A DNA stretch of 61,115 bases, counting the filler. It is 6 parts of 6 records of this genome, joined end to end, with 100 filler letters (N's around TTAATTAATTAA, not from the genome) between each part and the next. Parts side by side here need not be neighbours in the genome. Positions count along the whole stretch, not along the records: positions 43,581 to 56,910 come from SRR15195285_614; positions 57,011 to 61,115 come from SRR15195285_618; 4 more parts are not named here. One strand, given 5' to 3'. The notes under the pieces are model-generated. The model was not told the DNA's origin, ran no database searches, and worked only from the letters and a program-made list of their open reading frames with translations. Position numbers and translations under genes: made by a program. This document shows positions 56,748 to 61,115 of the stretch, one piece after another. Positions within the stretch are counted from its first letter, which is position 1, and each line of letters opens with the position of its first letter.

Positions 56748-56858
56748 ATGGCGGAGGGGAAGGGCGGTGGCGCTGCTGGGGGGGAGAAGGAGGGGGATTT
56801 GGAGAAGGAGATGAACGCGAACCAGTGGACGAAGGAGGAGCACTACCACTTCTTGAAG
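56748..56858 (+). CDS. First exon of a Myb-like (SHAQKYF-class) DNA-binding protein, truncated by the contig end
   Basis: MAEGK...NQWTKEEHYHFLK followed by a GTGCGT donor; WTxEEHxxFL is the start of a single-repeat Myb. Confidence 0.65.
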
Positions 56859-56910
56859 GTGCGTGATCGCAGGCAGGCAGGCGTGCGTGTGTGTGTGCGT
56901 GTGTGCGTGC

Positions 56911-57010
56911 NNNNNNNNNNNNNNNNNNNNNNNNNNNNNNNNNNNNNNNNNNNNTTAATTAATTAANNNNNNNNNNNNNNNNNNNNNNNNNNNNNNNNNN
57001 NNNNNNNNNN
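56911..57010. other. Artificial contig linker
   Basis: N44-TTAATTAATTAA-N44. Confidence 0.97.
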
Positions 57011-57581
57011 AAAAGGGATAAAAAGCGTTTTTGTAAACAAGTGTGCGCTGACAAGGGGCATAAGACCGTATGCCCCTTGCCACGCTAGGCATACATGTGC
57101 CATGTAGTGAAATTTTAAGCGTGTTTGGGTAGGGTCACACTATCCGGCTAGCGCCTCATATGAGCGATGGAGCGGATAGACGACCGAGATCGCCGCCGTC
57201 CTCCGCGGCTATAGCGGCGCCGGCCGGTCCACTTTTCTGACGCGACTACTACCGGTACACACATGCATTGCTACCAGGTACATTTGAACACAACATGAAA
57301 ACACACACCAGCAGGACATGCACATGCTGTACCGCCGACTTAAATGAGGCGCCGCGCGCGGTCGCCCCCCGCGCGCGCGCGGGGACGCCGCGCCGTACCA
57401 TCGTATCATAGATCTCGCTCGCTAATATAAGTACACCGTTCCCACGCAGGGGTTGTACGGAAACGGCTGCTGGCCATAGATGGCGAACGTTGTCACTCTC
57501 TAGAGCTGTACGTACTGTAGCACGCACACGCAGGGACGGACGGTGCCAAGGAGAGCTCCTTGATCCCTGCTGACGACGACA

Positions 57582-58617
57582 ATGACGATCCTATACCCGC
57601 TGGCTGGCTGTGCGGTGGCTGTGGTCCTGATAAGACATTTTGCTCCCGAGTTATACGACTTCTCCATCGTTCACATGACCGAGCGCTGGTATGCAGCCGT
57701 GCTGGCCGATCTCGACCTACGGGTGCGCGGAGCTCCGGTCACCGTGCTGGATGTGGGTGTTGGGACCGCAACCGCCCTGGTGCGCAACCGCCAGCAGATT
57801 GTGGGAAGTAAAATGCGGTTCGTCGGCGTAGACTATGACGCTGCGTACATTGTCAAGGCCAAGGCTAAAGTGGCAGAGGCGGGATTGTCCGATCGTGTGC
57901 AGCTGCACTGCGGCTCTTTTTTTGACGCGGCGCTGCTCGGTCGGTTGCTGGCGGAGAACGCCGACGCGCAGCAGTTTGACGCAGCTTACTTCTCTGGCTC
58001 CCTTACGTTGCTCCCGTCGCCGCTGGAGGCGTTAAACGTGTGCCGCACCGTGGTCAAACCGGGTGGGCTGGTGTACATCACGCAGACGTTTCAAAGGGTC
58101 GGGTTTCCGGGCTTGGGCTACATCAAACCACTTCTATGGTTGTTTACGACGATTGACTTTGGTACAGTGAGTCACGCCTGCAGATCAACCGGAAGCAACC
58201 GTTCGCCGATCCTTACAGACCATTGTACGGATGGGTTTAGCTGCGATGAGACTGCATTTCCTCACGCTGGTGCCCTGTGGTTTTGCTGGCAGCTGACGTA
58301 TGAGACAGAACTCGAACACCTGCTTGAGCGTGCTGAAGGTCTCACTGTCCTTCAAAATGACGTCGTCCCTGGCTCGGTCAACAATCGGTTCCAGGTGCGC
58401 ATCGAAGCCGTGTAACAGTCGAGCATCTGAATTGAATTCTTCCATAGTTTGATGCTGGGAGTGAGTCTGCAACAACGATCATTGTTAGTACGGTTGTCGT
58501 GCGCGGCAGGCTGCGCGGATGGTTGTACTACGAGTTGATCAAGGCAGCCAGGCTGGCACCTCGGTGGTTCGAGCCGGTGCGATAGCGCCGAGTGGTGACG
58601 GGATGCGGCGGCGCTAG
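57582..58617 (+). CDS. Class I SAM-dependent methyltransferase with an N-terminal hydrophobic anchor; exons 57582-58166, 58293-58394, 58510-58617
   Basis: VLDVGVGT (motif I), FVGVD, FDAAYFSGS, VKPGG; GT-AG introns 58167-58292 and 58395-58509. Confidence 0.82.
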
Positions 58618-59327
58618 GTACAAAATGCACTCGAACGCATGATTCTCCATGGAAGGAGCTGACTGGTAGCCGTAAAGAGTACATATCTACATTTGCACCA
58701 AACGGCGAGCTACCACCATGACATTGACAAAAACATTGGTGTAGAAAAACCCATACCAGTCTGTGCCATGGTAACAGCTGCTCCTCGCGCTGCAATGCTT
58801 TCTACTGTATCACTGACCATCCGGTGGCAGCAAGTCGTCTTGAATCTTGGTCTTGTGCAACCAGACAGATGGCCCTCCGACCTGGTCAGGCGATTCAGTA
58901 AGGTCGTAGAACAGCGTGCCAAGCGTTTCGTCGTCCAGCTGAACTGCTCGAGGCCACCCACGACCGGTGGTGATTGACTTGACCGCATCAACAGAGAATA
59001 TTACTGGCGTTCCTGGTTGATTTGAGTCCACAGATACCACATACTGTACAAACGTAAAACGAAGCCTCGAAGCCCACACGCAGAGAAACTCTGGTAGAGT
59101 ACAAGTCATCTGGCATATCAGACAAGTACTTGTCTACGCAACCAGGCATGGATCCGACCACAGGGTAAGTTCTACTGGAGCGCTGACTACGGCTGGTGGC
59201 TTCAGTGGGGGTCCTTCTCGAGAGGCAGAATGCGGATAGCGCGTGTTCGAAGTGGTCGACAGTCGCGCTCCTAGTGGTATCGCGCACGCAAAACGGAGAT
59301 ACGGCGAAATCAAAAGAAAGTGCCACG

Positions 59328-60748
59328 TTACATCTGCGGGCCTGTACCGGTGCTGTAGTTCACCACAGCACGTAGACAGTCGCCACTGTGCAACGCGGCA
59401 ATCGCTTCGTTTGTTTTGTCGACGCCCATGTAGGTATGGGTGATAAAGTGGTCCACCGGCAGCTCACCCGACATGTATCGGTCCACAAGCATTGGAACGT
59501 CGCTGCGGGTTTTCCACCCACCGAACGCGGTGCCGATCCATCGCCTGCCCGTCACGAGCTGAAATGGCCGCGTCGCCAGCTCTTTGCCTGCAGCTGCCAC
59601 TCCAATCACGCACGAGACGCCCCAACCGCGATGCGCGCTTTCCAGTGCTGCTCGCATCACCTCAACGTTGCCAGTGCAGTCGACTGCAACGCAACGAGAG
59701 GCGATGGCCTCGGTCAGAAATACATGGAGAAAGCAAAGGAACGAGAGCGTGGGAAGTGGCAGCATAGCAAGTTGACATGAACACATGAGAGCGCGACAGC
59801 GAGGCTGGGTCGCACAAGTGTAGTCGACTCCCCACTGAGTCATCTCGATGAGCTTGTCCTGGATAGGAACATCGATGGAAGCTGGCGACACACAATCAGT
59901 GGCTCCGAGCGTTACAGCCTGTGCAAACTTGGCTTCGTTCATGTCTACGGCGATGATACGGCTGGCACCGGCGATCTGTGCCGCCTGAACGACCGCCAGC
60001 CCGACCGCACCCAGGCCGAACACGGCTACGGTGCTCCCAGACTCGACTCCGGCGTTATTCCAGACGGCGCCCCAGCCAGTGGCTACGCCGCAACCAAACA
60101 AGCACACTTTTTCCAACGGGGCCTTCTTGTCGATCTTAGCACACGATATCTCCGCGAGCACTGTGTACTCTGACATCGTGGAGCACCCCATGAAATGGTG
60201 GATCATAGTGCCGTCTGCAGACGTGAAGCGGCTCGTTCCGTCAGGCATCACCCCTGCTCCCTGGGTCGCGCGGATCTTCGGGCAGAGGTTCGTCTTCGGA
60301 CTGCGGCAGAAAATGCAGTCGGGCTCGTTGCACTGGGGCGTGTAGCCAGGCACAACGTGGTCGCCTACGTCTACGGAGGTAACACCTTCGCCGATGCTCT
60401 CGACAATCGCGCCGGCCTCGTGGCCGAGAATGCAGGGGAAGAGCCCCTCTGGGTCATCTCCGTCGAGAGTGTAGATGTCCGTGTGGCAAAGAGCATTGGC
60501 GATGACCTTCACCCGCACCTCGCCCGCCTTTGGTGGCGCCAAAGTAACGTCCTCGAACGACAAAGGCTTGTTTGGTTCCCACGCTGTGTGCCAACAGTCG
60601 GCGGTGCGAGAATGTAAGCAGACGGCTGACTGACGGCGGCGGGGGCGGCAGGCAGCAGGCGGCGGCGAGTGGGCGAGGCTAGCGTGCAGTAGCTGCACCA
60701 CCTACCGACGGCGGCCTTGCAGACGATGGGCTTGCCCACGGTAGACAT
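59328..60748 (-). CDS. ADH5: Class III alcohol dehydrogenase / S-(hydroxymethyl)glutathione dehydrogenase; exons 60748-60706, 60583-59816, 59683-59328; 388 aa
   Basis: [70 protein letters not shown]. Splicing restores KAAVAWE and GVDYTFDCTGN. Confidence 0.95.
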
Positions 60749-61115
60749 ATCGGGCGGGGGCGCCAGCTCGATGCGTCCAGCGTCGCGCCCGGAATGCGAC
60801 TCGCGCGCGCGCGACCTGTGGCCCGCGCGCGCGCGCGCGGCGGCCCGATAGGCCCCAATGCGTGCGGGGTCTGGCGGCCGGGAATGTCTGTCTCATTCCT
60901 CATACATTTCGGAGAATCGTGCGAACGACCGCTCGTGAGCAGGTCACGATTCGGCGGAAGGCACAAAAGCGCCGGAGTATATCAAAAGCCAAAGAGCAAG
61001 AAACACACAAAGAGCACCCAGAGCCACAGTGTAGCCCGGGGCCGCCGCTCATAGAAACCGGGGATGAGTGTCCTAGTTTTGCCTTTAAGTCCGACTAGCT
61101 CCAGACCCTAACGTT

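Noticed and set aside
21011-61115. Treating the esterase, methyltransferase, hydrolases or ADH as tailoring genes of the PKS-NRPS cluster
   Set aside because: They lie on different contigs, so the adjacency is artificial.

Overview
This is eukaryotic, protist-like DNA with short GT-AG introns. It consists of six contigs (1-20910, 21011-26457, 26558-33892, 33993-43480, 43581-56910, 57011-61115) joined by artificial 100-bp N/TTAATTAATTAA linkers, so gene neighbourhood is meaningful only within a contig. The main result is on contig 1. Three ORFs splice through two introns into one ~6,253-aa bacterial-style hybrid PKS-NRPS: KS-AT-DH-KR-ACP-Cy-A(Cys)[Ox insert]-PCP-Cy-A(Cys)-PCP-TE-ACP-KS-AT-ACP-C. 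It is predicted to build a lipid-linked bis-thiazol(in)e and has an internal TE and a terminal C domain. The convergent neighbour splices into a SAM-like/PX/thiazoline-oxidase fusion, whose retained oxidase motifs look complementary to the degenerate Ox insert in the synthetase, suggesting a split oxidase. The other contigs carry: a DUF6067/GH123-like hydrolase; a type-B carboxylesterase; a cNMP/EF-hand protein; a ~3,000-aa lectin-mosaic membrane protein; a tricorn protease 3' fragment; a two-enzyme glycoside hydrolase fusion punctuated by LKxDD motifs; a truncated kinase; an EF-hand CNBD-channel homologue with no selectivity filter; an SH3-ubiquitin-like protein; a Myb first exon; a SAM methyltransferase; and a class III ADH. 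Domain calls come from motif recognition by eye, not database searches, and domain coordinates are approximate.
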